Part shown: positions 17,187-27,237 of the stretch, one piece after another
How positions within the stretch are numbered: position 1 is the first letter of the stretch
Layout of the letters: every line of letters starts with the position of its first letter
Sequence record: LR756502.1
Strand: one strand, 5' to 3'
DNA length: 64,000 nucleotides
Program-made: the position numbers and the translations under genes
The notes under the pieces: generated by a model
Told to the model about the DNA's origin: nothing
The model's database searches: none
The model's input: only the letters and a program-made list of their open reading frames with translations

Positions 17187-17618
17187 ATGAATAAAGATAC
17201 AAATGAAGATTTTATAAAGATGTATAACAACTACAAAAGGATGATGGTTGAGCTAACATCTAACATTGTTAGTTATAGTGGTTGGAGTGATGAGTTTTCT
17301 CGAGGACAAATAAAGGAACTATATAATAAGTTAATTAAGGAATTTATTGATATTGATTTTCTTCGTTTCAATATTACTGAGTTAAAACAACTAGACTTTA
17401 AATGGTTTGATGAGAATCTAATATGTATGCCAGTTTGGGCTATTGATTGTTTACCTGATAAAGCAGAACTCTCATCTATTAGTGGTGATACAAAGATATT
17501 TGATAAATCAAAGGGATTGGATAAAGATGTTAGGTTTGGAGTTACTGCTTATGGTTTCAAAAAATCACAACTAAGAGATTCAATAATAGATACTATATTA
17601 GATGGAAATGGAATATAG
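17187..17618 (+). CDS. C-tail protein
   Basis: RDSIIDTILDGNGI. Confidence 0.7.
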   Translation: MNKDTNEDFIKMYNNYKRMMVELTSNIVSYSGWSDEFSRGQIKELYNKLIKEFIDIDFLRFNITELKQLDFKWFDENLICMPVWAIDCLPDKAELSSISGDTKIFDKSKGLDKDVRFGVTAYGFKKSQLRDSIIDTILDGNGI

Positions 17619-17823
17619 AGTAGTCTGTAAATATAATAAGATAAGAGAGAATTACAATATAACTATTAATAAAATATATGATGTTCTTGAGGTGAAAGTA
17701 TATGGCGCTTTCCCTACTTATGTAATTAAAGATGATGTAGGCAATATTAAGGAAATAAATTCAATTCTTTTCCTACCATTACAAAGAGATAGGGAAATTA
17801 AACTAGAGGTATTAGGAATATGA
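17602..17823 (+). CDS. C-tail SH3-like protein (xVxC family)
   Basis: YRVVCKYN...NKIYDV; ends REIKLEVLGI. Confidence 0.7.
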   Translation: MEMEYRVVCKYNKIRENYNITINKIYDVLEVKVYGAFPTYVIKDDVGNIKEINSILFLPLQRDREIKLEVLGI

Positions 17824-18098
17824 CTCGAGTCAAATATAAAGATCTCTACAATGGTAGATATGTTCAGTTTCATTATCCTAATGATAATCGAATTCTTAAA
17901 GTTGTGGAGCTAGAATATATAAGTGGGTTCCACGTAGCTGAGGAATTATCTTCAGGTCGATGGGAGGTAAGATATAGAATAGCAAGTCACTTATATGAAT
18001 TACCTACAAACCATGGATTATGGGAAACTGAAACCACATTGGCGTTAAATAGGGAATATAGGTTAAACAAATTACTTACTAATAATTATAATCAATAG
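17820..18098 (+). CDS. C-tail protein
   Basis: REYRLNKLL. Confidence 0.7.
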   Translation: MTRVKYKDLYNGRYVQFHYPNDNRILKVVELEYISGFHVAEELSSGRWEVRYRIASHLYELPTNHGLWETETTLALNREYRLNKLLTNNYNQ

Positions 18099-18102
18099 GA
18101 AT

Positions 18103-18513
18103 ATGATAAGAACTATAATAGATTATAATAACTATAATATGGATGAAATTCAATTCAATAGATTGAATGCTCAAGATAGGCTATCCTATATGGTTAATAG
18201 GTTCAAAATAGGAATGGATATAACTGTTAATGTTACGGATAAACCTGTTAAATCAGGTAAGATATATGGATTCTATGACTCAGGTACCAATCCCGACTTA
18301 GTAAGAGAAGGTAGAGCTAAAGCTTATAACGAAGTACCAGATGATTGTCGATTATGGTACTATACAATAGTATATGGGAATCCACATACTAAACTACCAC
18401 AATGTAATATATTTGTTGAGGTGGATGGTAAGATAGAAGGATACTATCCATTATGGGTATATCCCGATTATAGTAAGATAAGAAATAACAAATTAGAATC
18501 AATTGGAATATGA
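18103..18513 (+). CDS. C-tail protein
   Basis: Ends RNNKLESIGI. Confidence 0.7.
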   Translation: MIRTIIDYNNYNMDEIQFNRLNAQDRLSYMVNRFKIGMDITVNVTDKPVKSGKIYGFYDSGTNPDLVREGRAKAYNEVPDDCRLWYYTIVYGNPHTKLPQCNIFVEVDGKIEGYYPLWVYPDYSKIRNNKLESIGI

Positions 18514-18572
18514 CAAATATGGAAGAAGGAATGGATTATTGTAAAACAATACACTAAATAAATAAAAAGAAA

Positions 18573-18896
18573 ATGAATAAAGAAAGATTAAATGAAATAA
18601 TGAATTGTAAATGTTTGCAAAGTATTATTGAAAATGATAATACCGGACGAGATGAGCAATGGATGGGTCTTAGAACAATTGTAGTCCCATATGATAAATA
18701 TGTTTCTCCTATAACATTTGAATGTTCTACATCTTATAGGAGAACTGTTATTGATTTAGAAACAAATCGTACAACATATGATAGAGATGAACAGAAATCT
18801 TGTGGCATTCCATTTTTATATTGTCCTATATGTGGATCTAGATCAAAACATGAAATACCGAAAGATTCTTTCTACTATAAATTCCAAACTCTATAA
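18573..18896 (+). CDS. Cys-rich (zinc-ribbon-like) protein
   Basis: CKC...YCPICG. Confidence 0.6.
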   Translation: MNKERLNEIMNCKCLQSIIENDNTGRDEQWMGLRTIVVPYDKYVSPITFECSTSYRRTVIDLETNRTTYDRDEQKSCGIPFLYCPICGSRSKHEIPKDSFYYKFQTL

Positions 18897-19465
18897 TGAA
18901 AAACAAAAAGCAAATTAAGAAGATATCTAAGAATATACTTAAGGAGATAAATAAAAGTTATATCCTGAAAAAGAAAAGGTCTACCCAAGACAACTACTCA
19001 AACCTACCGGTGAACTCTGCAGCAGATCCTGCGTATGGTGGAACAGACTTTACTATCGGTGAGTATAATAAAGAAGTTAGCTTGAAGTTCAAAAAGCTAT
19101 TCAATAACATAATTAAATACCCTGATAATATCAGAGTTAACTACACATTAGATACCATAACAATTGATGTTGCTAACTCCAAATTATTGAAGAAACAACA
19201 TCAAAATACCAATACCGGAACCTTTGCCGCAACTGGTTTAGAATCAGTTAATATCTATATTCTAAAGGGTGGATTCTTCTCTATAACCCAAGGGTATAGT
19301 AAGTTTAGTAAGTATGTTGATGTTGATATGTATAATGATTTAATAGAGATAACCAAAAATACTATGATACAATCTAATATAGATAACTTCGATAGTATAT
19401 ATGATAGTATATCAATCGAGTCTGGTATCATAAGAGACTCTAACCTAGATGAGATATTAAATTAA
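18896..19465 (+). CDS. C-tail protein
   Basis: Ends RDSNLDEILN. Confidence 0.7.
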   Translation: MKNKKQIKKISKNILKEINKSYILKKKRSTQDNYSNLPVNSAADPAYGGTDFTIGEYNKEVSLKFKKLFNNIIKYPDNIRVNYTLDTITIDVANSKLLKKQHQNTNTGTFAATGLESVNIYILKGGFFSITQGYSKFSKYVDVDMYNDLIEITKNTMIQSNIDNFDSIYDSISIESGIIRDSNLDEILN

Positions 19466-19519
19466 GAGTGAATATACTACGCTTATGAAGTTAGGTTTTG
19501 TTTTAATATATATAGTATA

Positions 19520-20068
19520 ATGAAACACCTAATCCAATATAAAATATTCGAAACCAAGGATATTTCTTCTGAAGTTAGACAGACAATTAATGATATGTCA
19601 CTAGATCTAATAGATAGTGGACTCATAGCTAACATAGAAACATATTTCGTGCACTTCCCCGAAACATGGGTGAACGGAAGGTATGTGCGTAGTGGAACTT
19701 TACATCCTTCTGAAAGAAGTGGATATTGTTTTGTTGATATTATAATATGGAAACATAAAGGTGACTATCTTCATATCCCATATACCCTTGATAGAGAGTG
19801 TATTGATTTCCTACTAAGTCTAAATAGTTATATGTTATCAAATGAATATAAACTAAAAAATGTAACCATAAATACTGGTGGTTCAGAACCAAATCTACAC
19901 GTTAGTCACGCTAAAGTAATTGAATATGATAAGCGACCATTTGCTGATGTGAAATTGACTATTATCGATAATATTGAGAAACTATATACTGAAACAGTTG
20001 AAGAAGTATCGATTTGTTTCTTTGGCTATTCCGGAACATCCCCAAACTATAAGGATCCCAACAATTAG
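19520..20068 (+). CDS. N-tagged DILxDLxDxG-family protein
   Basis: MKHLIQYKIFET; INDMSLDLIDSG; TAATATATA at 19504-19512. Confidence 0.7.
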   Translation: MKHLIQYKIFETKDISSEVRQTINDMSLDLIDSGLIANIETYFVHFPETWVNGRYVRSGTLHPSERSGYCFVDIIIWKHKGDYLHIPYTLDRECIDFLLSLNSYMLSNEYKLKNVTINTGGSEPNLHVSHAKVIEYDKRPFADVKLTIIDNIEKLYTETVEEVSICFFGYSGTSPNYKDPNN

Positions 20069-20119
20069 ATTGTTTATTACAATATTATTCCATATCTTTA
20101 CATATTCAACTCAATAATC

Positions 20120-20299
20120 ATGACAATACTACTATACACACTATTAATTATATTTTGGGCCTTATGTGCTTATGGATCTATTATGTTCTATAAATGGCAA
20201 TTCAAAGATATTACTATTGGTATAACTATATTATCAATTGTATTAGCTCCTATTGGATTAATGGCTGGTATTATTAACTACTTACTCGAAAAGAAGTAA
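20120..20299 (+). CDS. Small 2-TM membrane protein (59 aa, not in ORF track)
   Basis: MTILLYTLLIIFWALC...LSIVLAPIGLMAGII; TAATG coupling. Confidence 0.55.
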   Translation: MTILLYTLLIIFWALCAYGSIMFYKWQFKDITIGITILSIVLAPIGLMAGIINYLLEKK

Positions 20300-20520
20300 T
20301 GAAAGTAATCTGTATATATGATAAGAACTTAATCGGTGGTAAAAGTATGTCTTATACCAAAGGTAAATGGTATGAAGTTCTATCCGACCAAGAGGCATTC
20401 AATAAAAATCATCAGTTTTATATAAAGTCAGATAATGGCACATACCCAGCAGTAGAAAGAAAGAATTTCATGACACTAGATGAATATAGAAACAACAAAT
20501 TAAAAGAAATAGGAATATGA
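20299..20520 (+). CDS. C-tail SH3-like protein (xVxC family)
   Basis: MKVICIYD...TKGKWYEV; ends RNNKLKEIGI. Confidence 0.7.
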   Translation: MKVICIYDKNLIGGKSMSYTKGKWYEVLSDQEAFNKNHQFYIKSDNGTYPAVERKNFMTLDEYRNNKLKEIGI

Positions 20521-20621
20521 TACAAATTTCTTTATCAGACTTCTTAGTTAATGGAGATGACTTTTCCTTCTTATTAAAGAAATCAAATAAACCCTCATAT
20601 GTTTTTATATTTTTCATTGTT

Positions 20622-21692
20622 CTATATATTAACCTCAATATTATCATATCCAGTTATATCCTTTAGAGTCTTTAATACCTTATCATTAACCTCCTGTTCC
20701 ATATCCTCAGTAGATTCTCGTGAACTTAATCCAAAAATATAAAATATATCATTGTGATTATTCATAACATGCTGAAAGTTCTTAGGGAACTTCCTATTAT
20801 AGGCAAATCGGTCGATTTGGTGATTGAATCCACCAAATGCAATACTTTCATGTTCGAGAGGCCTTATCCCTTTAATGGTTACTCGGTAATATAAAGTAAA
20901 TCCATCATCAATAGCATCTAACGATAAGTCTTTTAGTTTATCTATTAATTCAAAATCAATCCTATCCTTTACAATTGGTTCTACACTTTTCCATAGACTA
21001 TCTGTAATCTCCATATCCTCATCACTTATACCATCAAATGATACATCTCCCCATTCTATACTATATCCATTATCATCTTCATAGTAAATACCATTTGAAT
21101 ATAATGGATATAACCATCCTGTTTCTGAATCAAGAACATGACCAATGCTATTTAACTTTATCCAATTTGATGGTATTAATTTACCATGTTTTTCTGATTC
21201 GAATAACTTATTATCAACTGATTCAGATATATTCTTTAGTTTTTTATCTATAAATATTTCAATCCGCATATTTTGTATATCACCTGATGGTAATGGAAGT
21301 GCGGTTCTGATATTAGTCCACGGATCATCCTGCAATACATCTAAAATAGTTTCCTTAAATACACCTTTATCATCATGCCATTGATATTGAATGTCATACT
21401 TTATTCGATCCATATCAAAATAACTTTTCATTCTATCAGTAAACGTTAATATTCTATCAGCATCAAATGTCTCTCCTGTAAGCGCCGAGGGGGTAAATTT
21501 ACTTGGGGATGTTTGACGATCAATAGATATAGAAATCATATTATCAAATCTATCTATGCTCATTGATTTTACCTTAACCTCAAATCCATCATCTTCGAAG
21601 TCTAATAACATATCCTTAATATAGGTAGTTACATCAGCGAGAGAATATCCACTATTGGATTCAAATATTTTATATCTCTTTAAGTATTTCAT
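20622..21692 (-). CDS. N-tagged two-module protein
   Basis: MKYLKRYKIFES; IKDMLLDFEDDGF; internal NKLFESE; second module similar to 41861-42517 (IG.V.D..TG.LY; KDLSL...DDG). Confidence 0.7.
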   Translation of the reverse strand: MKYLKRYKIFESNSGYSLADVTTYIKDMLLDFEDDGFEVKVKSMSIDRFDNMISISIDRQTSPSKFTPSALTGETFDADRILTFTDRMKSYFDMDRIKYDIQYQWHDDKGVFKETILDVLQDDPWTNIRTALPLPSGDIQNMRIEIFIDKKLKNISESVDNKLFESEKHGKLIPSNWIKLNSIGHVLDSETGWLYPLYSNGIYYEDDNGYSIEWGDVSFDGISDEDMEITDSLWKSVEPIVKDRIDFELIDKLKDLSLDAIDDGFTLYYRVTIKGIRPLEHESIAFGGFNHQIDRFAYNRKFPKNFQHVMNNHNDIFYIFGLSSRESTEDMEQEVNDKVLKTLKDITGYDNIEVNI

Positions 21693-21704
21693 TTAGAGTA
21701 TATA

Positions 21705-22223
21705 TTAATCACTGAAGTATAAAATTAAAGATAACATATTCTTATTCATTATTTCATCACTTAGTAAAGCATCAAGGTCTTTATAATAGAGATAATTTGG
21801 ATAATCATTACCATAATTGACTTGTCTACTTGCCCATACATGGTCTAGCTTCAATCCTTTTTCCTTCAATAGATAATCTATCGGGAATTTCAATTCATTA
21901 ACAAATGTATTAATATCCATTTTATATTTAGGTTCATTAATTAATGAGTGTGATACTATGGGACTCTTTGTAATAAAGATTCGTATAATAGGATAGGTTG
22001 GATTATCTAGGATATGAAACGGAATACTACCCATATTTTTATATTTAGAAACATCTTCTCTACCATGATACATGATAGGTTTGTCAAATTTAATGCTCCT
22101 AGTCAAGTCTTTCGTGACAGTTACGAAGTAGTGTTCATCAGATAGAGGATAGAATAACTCTTCTATCTCTTTCATATCAGTTACATCACTAATATTCTCA
22201 TTATATCTTCTTAAGTATTTCAT
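21705..22223 (-). CDS. N-tagged DILxDLxDxG-family protein
   Basis: MKYLRRYNEN; IEELFYPLSDEHY. Confidence 0.65.
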   Translation of the reverse strand: MKYLRRYNENISDVTDMKEIEELFYPLSDEHYFVTVTKDLTRSIKFDKPIMYHGREDVSKYKNMGSIPFHILDNPTYPIIRIFITKSPIVSHSLINEPKYKMDINTFVNELKFPIDYLLKEKGLKLDHVWASRQVNYGNDYPNYLYYKDLDALLSDEIMNKNMLSLILYFSD

Positions 22224-22666
22224 TTTATAATTAGGTTGTCTTGGTTTTTAAATATAAGTTTTATTGAAATAAATACTATTGTCCAGATATCATTTGAGTT
22301 GGGAATAAACCCATCTTTGTAAGTGAAGTGGTTGTTTGCTGATGAGTATAGTTTAATATCTCCTAGTATAAATCTATCATTTAAATACTCCATCATTCTT
22401 TCTATATCTGGTCTTGCCTCTACCCATTTAAACTTCAATGATCCTGTATCAAAAGGACTTGGGTGGAAACTAAGACGTGGTTGTGGTGAGTCTCTTTTAT
22501 CAATAGTTATCTCTATACCCATAGGGTCATGTATTTTACCTATCAATACTTGATAGTCATCATCGAGTAGATTAGCTAATAGTTCTTTTATTTCATTTTG
22601 TAGATCACCAAACCAAATAAAGGGATTACCCTCTTCAAATATTTTATATTTCTTTAGGTATTTCAT
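22220..22666 (-). CDS. N-tagged DILxDLxDxG-family protein (start revised to 22666)
   Basis: MKYLKKYKIFEE; IKELLANLLDDDY...FKWVEARPDIERMMEYL. Confidence 0.7.
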   Translation of the reverse strand: MKYLKKYKIFEEGNPFIWFGDLQNEIKELLANLLDDDYQVLIGKIHDPMGIEITIDKRDSPQPRLSFHPSPFDTGSLKFKWVEARPDIERMMEYLNDRFILGDIKLYSSANNHFTYKDGFIPNSNDIWTIVFISIKLIFKNQDNLIIK

Positions 22667-23577
22667 ATCTTTTTGATCCAATGAATATTGATCCAGGTAA
22701 TTGAATCATCACCTAATGACTTCTCTAAATCATTAAATTTAATACATCTGGCTGTATTAGCATCTTGTAATTCTAGTTTATCAATTACAAATCCATTCTC
22801 CAATAGAAATGAATTTAGGTGGTCTAAGGAATGATTAACATCTTTATAATTAATTCTAACATTTCTCCTATACACAACTGTATTATCCAATTCATCATAG
22901 TCATCATCCTCAAAGTCCTCTGGTAGATCACCATTATCTATGAGAACCTGAGACACCATAGGTATTGACTCTCCTAGTTTAGACATCCTTATGGAAACTT
23001 TACAAACACCACCATATGCTCTAGATCTAATGTTGCCACCATTCTCACCATTCCGTATACTAAGGTCAACTATTATTCCATTATCTCTCATATCAGATAT
23101 AATGTCTTCAGTTGTGTTTACAATCTCAAGATTCTTTTCTACGAATTCTTTAACCGAAATATCGTAGTTGCTCTCGAATAATTTATATGCTTTTAAATAT
23201 TTCATATTTTCTTCTATTAGATGCTTATTTACATCCCACTTAACCTTACTAACAAATTGCGCCTTGTATTGATAACCATCGAATCTATCAGATCCTTTCT
23301 TCTCATATCCAAGTGGTTCTAAATAAGCTGATAGTCTACTGATGATATCCTCTAAATCTTTCCTTATATAACCACTAGGTTTATTTATATAAACATAGAT
23401 GGATAACATACCTCGACAAGGCATTGTTTCAACTTCAGTGTGAAATCTATTCTTACTATCATCCCAATTATCATCTGATAATTCTAATAGTATATCTTTA
23501 ATAGTTTGTACTGTTTCTATAACACCATCTCTATCAAAATGATTCTCAAATATCTTATACTTCTTTAAGTGTTTCAT
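22663..23577 (-). CDS. Fusion of two N-tagged family proteins
   Basis: MKHLKKYKIFEN and an in-frame internal MKYLKAYKLFES (ATG at 23205). Confidence 0.75.
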   Translation of the reverse strand: MKHLKKYKIFENHFDRDGVIETVQTIKDILLELSDDNWDDSKNRFHTEVETMPCRGMLSIYVYINKPSGYIRKDLEDIISRLSAYLEPLGYEKKGSDRFDGYQYKAQFVSKVKWDVNKHLIEENMKYLKAYKLFESNYDISVKEFVEKNLEIVNTTEDIISDMRDNGIIVDLSIRNGENGGNIRSRAYGGVCKVSIRMSKLGESIPMVSQVLIDNGDLPEDFEDDDYDELDNTVVYRRNVRINYKDVNHSLDHLNSFLLENGFVIDKLELQDANTARCIKFNDLEKSLGDDSITWINIHWIKKI

Positions 23578-23594
23578 TGAATCTATATATTACT

Positions 23595-24008
23595 TTAAGT
23601 GTTTAATATTCTTCCTTTGAACTCAATTTCATATTGCCTTTCCTTCTGTGCTCCGGTTGAATCAAGTCCACCACAAATATAGTCACTAGTGCGTGTTTTG
23701 GTAAGCCCTTCTAATTCAAGATACTTCTCTAACCTATTACTAACACTCTCTACGTCCGATAAAACAAATTTATCTTTATCATTTCTTATATGAATTTTTA
23801 TTAATGTTAGTGGCCAAGCAAACGATGAGGTGTCAAATTCAACACTAGTGAAATATTTATCATCTGTTAGATCAATTAATATATCATAACATGTTATTGA
23901 TATTTGCTGTGTATGATTGTAATTCTGGTGCGAAAGGACGATCATTTCGTTTCTTTTTGAATACTCTGATTTTGATATAGATTCATTATATGTCTTTAAG
24001 TGCTTCAT
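23595..24008 (-). CDS. N-tagged DILxDLxDxG-family protein
   Basis: MKHLKTYNES; CYDILIDLTDD...RLEKYLELEG. Confidence 0.7.
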   Translation of the reverse strand: MKHLKTYNESISKSEYSKRNEMIVLSHQNYNHTQQISITCYDILIDLTDDKYFTSVEFDTSSFAWPLTLIKIHIRNDKDKFVLSDVESVSNRLEKYLELEGLTKTRTSDYICGGLDSTGAQKERQYEIEFKGRILNT

Positions 24009-25108
24009 TTTAAATTAAATATTATATACATCGCATGTTCTCTAGCATGTAACCCATACATGGTTTCACCCCCTATCTCCATAAGCTCGTTCAAGTCACT
24101 ACTATGAAACACCGAACTATCCCTCCCCATCCAAGTCTTATTTGGATCATTTACATACATCAGACTATTCCTCGTTAAATCAATCCTATCAAATTCAAAC
24201 CCATAAGCATTACTAAATCTACTTATATTATCCTTTAATGTATCAACTAACTCTTTACTGAACGCCATATTAGTCGTCATAAACTTAATCATCAATTGGT
24301 TTTCACTAATCTGATTAAAGTCATTCATAGTTATCTTATTAGTATCAATATCCATTATATCTATGAATATATCCATAATGTCATTATATACTAATCTCTT
24401 CTCACCTATTCTTAATATCTGGTCACCTTTATCTTCAAACCTATAAAAGTTATATGATGAGGTCATATCAATTAATTTCTCTAAATCACTTCTTTTCATT
24501 ATATAACTTGGACTTGTATCAAACCCAGCAGATATTATTTTAATACCATTAACATTATATAAACCTACATTAATATGCCATGAACCATCATAGAACTTAT
24601 TACGTCTACCATTGGTTACATCCTTCTTTTCTTTATCTGTGAATGTGTGTCCTATGATATCTCCAACAATATCTAAATAGTGCCCTTTGAAATCAGGAAC
24701 TTGTTGTATTATAGGTTCTCTGCTAGGAACTTTAATATAAACATAACATCTCTTTTCTATAAGACCTTTCTTTAGAAAAGAAAATTCATCTTTTGGACCA
24801 TAGTCATATCCTAAATCTTGTAAGTGAAATTCACATAGTTCATTAAGATTGGATGTCCCAAGGTGTTCTGGGAACAAAGACATCACAGCTCTGTTGGCTA
24901 ATGTATTACTACCACCATCATATTTAATCTCCACCTTATTAACATGTGAGTCATTTCTACTATGGAAAGGCACACCTTTTGATCCACCTATATTAACTTT
25001 GGGTGACCAAAGATCTCCTAGTTGATAATCCCAATGTTTACTGGGTATATAATACTTAGTAAGTCCACTAGCTGATTCAAATATCTTATATGTCTTCAAA
25101 TGTTTCAT
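24005..25108 (-). CDS. N-tagged 367-aa protein
   Basis: MKHLKTYKIFES; C-terminal IMDIFIDIMD family-like module. Confidence 0.65.
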   Translation of the reverse strand: MKHLKTYKIFESASGLTKYYIPSKHWDYQLGDLWSPKVNIGGSKGVPFHSRNDSHVNKVEIKYDGGSNTLANRAVMSLFPEHLGTSNLNELCEFHLQDLGYDYGPKDEFSFLKKGLIEKRCYVYIKVPSREPIIQQVPDFKGHYLDIVGDIIGHTFTDKEKKDVTNGRRNKFYDGSWHINVGLYNVNGIKIISAGFDTSPSYIMKRSDLEKLIDMTSSYNFYRFEDKGDQILRIGEKRLVYNDIMDIFIDIMDIDTNKITMNDFNQISENQLMIKFMTTNMAFSKELVDTLKDNISRFSNAYGFEFDRIDLTRNSLMYVNDPNKTWMGRDSSVFHSSDLNELMEIGGETMYGLHAREHAMYIIFNLK

Positions 25109-25149
25109 AACATTATATATTAATATATAATGTTATGAAACATTTGAAG
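25094..25149. repeat. Perfect 56-bp palindrome spanning two divergent gene starts
   Basis: CTTCAAATGTTTCATAACATTATATATT|AATATATAATGTTATGAAACATTTGAAG. Confidence 0.95.
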
Positions 25150-25572
25150 CTATTTGAAAGTTTTCCTTATACCGATGACGAATTGGTATATAGAGAGATG
25201 ATACAATGCTGCAAAGATATTCTTCTAGAATTAGAAGATGATGGTATAAATACTAGAATACAGGGAAATGCAAAAAGATATACCTGGATATCACTTTTCT
25301 TTTTTAGAGAAGAAAAATTCACTTATTCAGATATAGAAAGTGTTGTTGAAAGATTAAAATCATATTTATCTGAATATGGTTTAAGTGTAAAATGGATGAG
25401 TCCGGATGAAAGAAATGAGAATAAACCCACAATTAAAACAATACCAGTACAGAACCCAACGAATCTCAAAGGCCAACTCTTACCATCAAAGACATCCATC
25501 CCAACTCTTGTTCCGATTATTGTGTACAAGGAATTGCTGATTTTACACCACATAAATGGAAAGCAGAGCTAA
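25135..25572 (+). CDS. N-tagged DILxDLxDxG-family protein
   Basis: MKHLKLFES; CKDILLELEDDG...FTYSDIESVVERLKSYLSEYG. Confidence 0.7.
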   Translation: MKHLKLFESFPYTDDELVYREMIQCCKDILLELEDDGINTRIQGNAKRYTWISLFFFREEKFTYSDIESVVERLKSYLSEYGLSVKWMSPDERNENKPTIKTIPVQNPTNLKGQLLPSKTSIPTLVPIIVYKELLILHHINGKQS

Positions 25573-25632
25573 GTGAAGAATCTTTTGACATTTATGTTAG
25601 TAAGTGGTATGATATTTATGATAAGCTATAGA

Positions 25633-26316
25633 TTAGTTTATTAATTTCTTTAATCTATCCAAAGACTTATTTAATTCTACTCTCCCTAATATCATATTGT
25701 TTACGATGTATGGTGGTTTTCCTGATGAGCTGGACCCAAGTCTATAAAGTAAGAGGTTTGCATTTGTGAAAAACTCAACATGACTAACATCACCACCTTT
25801 TCCTAATTTTGATTTTAACAGATCTGATCCTATTTGAAGTTCGGTTCTATTGACTTTAAAGTCAGATGAATATTCTTGCATTACAAACATATCATCTGAA
25901 TAGATATCTCCTTTGCTATTATATCTAGAACCAGATGCCATATCTGCACATGGACAGAATACTATTTTTGAATTATCAAATGGTATAACTAGGTAAACTG
26001 CTGAGTTATTTTGACCAAACACACCAGCATGTAAAGGAGAAGTTGAACCAATAATACTTTTATATCTTGGTACTGGATAATCTTTTCTCTTATTAAAGAA
26101 GTCGTGATATCCGTATGATGATCCATATGTTCCTTCTCTCTCAGTCTCTTTGTATAAAGCATACTCACCTATTTCACCACATCCTCTATATAACATATCA
26201 TTATCAAAGTTAAATTGAGTGCAGTTTTTCTTGAAGATATCAAGAAACTCTTCTTCTGTTAAAGGAGATGTTCTTGTTTTATTTTCAAATAATTTATGTG
26301 GTGTTATATGTTTCAT
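25633..26316 (-). CDS. N-tagged ADP-ribosyltransferase-like protein
   Basis: MKHITPHKLFEN; LYRG, GSTS and HVEFF consistent with the R-S-E ART signature. Confidence 0.55.
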   Translation of the reverse strand: MKHITPHKLFENKTRTSPLTEEEFLDIFKKNCTQFNFDNDMLYRGCGEIGEYALYKETEREGTYGSSYGYHDFFNKRKDYPVPRYKSIIGSTSPLHAGVFGQNNSAVYLVIPFDNSKIVFCPCADMASGSRYNSKGDIYSDDMFVMQEYSSDFKVNRTELQIGSDLLKSKLGKGGDVSHVEFFTNANLLLYRLGSSSSGKPPYIVNNMILGRVELNKSLDRLKKLIN

Positions 26317-26327
26317 GTAGAATAATA

Positions 26328-26675
26328 TTATTTCAGAAAGTCCATAACATTATTTTTAATATCATCACTTAGCTTTTTAAATTTATAACTAAACTCTGTC
26401 CACTTTATAGCCTCATCTTTATAAGATCTATCTAAACTAGCTACTAGTTTCATAACATCAACTCTCCCATACTCAGCCGCCATACAGTAGTAGTATCTAC
26501 CATTTGAAGATAAGTCAATACTTGATAATAAACTTTCAATCTCTGAGATACTAGAGTTATTTTTTATTAGATCTCTAAACTTAATCTTTTGGTCTGTATT
26601 TACCATTTTGCGTGTAGTGTTGCTTTCCCAGTTATCCGGAACGAAGTTTTCATTAAATCCCTTTAGGTTTTTCAT
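26328..26675 (-). CDS. N-tagged protein with an ankyrin-like repeat
   Basis: MKNLKGFNEN; MAAEYGRVDVMKLV. Confidence 0.5.
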   Translation of the reverse strand: MKNLKGFNENFVPDNWESNTTRKMVNTDQKIKFRDLIKNNSSISEIESLLSSIDLSSNGRYYYCMAAEYGRVDVMKLVASLDRSYKDEAIKWTEFSYKFKKLSDDIKNNVMDFLK

Positions 26676-26716
26676 ATTATAAATAATTTTTTGTATATAT
26701 TAATTTTTTGTATTTT

Positions 26717-27208
26717 TTATTGGTACTTGCTATCAATGCTTGATCTATTCTCCTCTGATACCCTTGTTATAGAAATTGTAATCATATTATTATTATAATA
26801 GAAAGAGAGTCTGATATTATTATCTATTCGAGATTCTATTACTGGTTTAATTTCCGATAACCTTTTTTCAATCACATTGAATAAATAATATGGTATATCA
26901 ATTATTATAATATTCCTCAAACAAATATTTTTATTATCATTGTAATGATAAGTGTATCCGCCATATGCCCATACTGGGAACAATTCTTCGCTCTTATTGG
27001 ATATAGTTAATCTACCCCATTGACCCACTATAACATCTTTATAGTCTACTTGTGTTATAAGATAGTCATCAAATATATCTTGAAGTGAATCAGATACTTT
27101 TATTATTAAATCATTTACCAACTCACGATAGATGAGATCATCAATTGTTAAATCACTTTTAATGGCATCGTGACCTTCAAATAGTTTATATGGTGCTAGA
27201 TATTTCAT
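26717..27208 (-). CDS. N-tagged protein
   Basis: MKYLAPYKLFEG; VSDSLQDIFDDY; TAATATATA at 27214-27222. Confidence 0.65.
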   Translation of the reverse strand: MKYLAPYKLFEGHDAIKSDLTIDDLIYRELVNDLIIKVSDSLQDIFDDYLITQVDYKDVIVGQWGRLTISNKSEELFPVWAYGGYTYHYNDNKNICLRNIIIIDIPYYLFNVIEKRLSEIKPVIESRIDNNIRLSFYYNNNMITISITRVSEENRSSIDSKYQ

Positions 27209-27237
27209 TTGGATATATATTAATATCTAATATATTT

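Noticed and set aside
4570-20520. C-tail '...GI*' explained purely as a Shine-Dalgarno (AGGA) for the next gene
   Set aside because: AGGA sits only 2 nt from the ATG, Bacteroidota largely do not use SD pairing, many tails lack it, and the upstream RxxKLxxL pattern persists with varied codons. A minor nucleotide contribution is not excluded.
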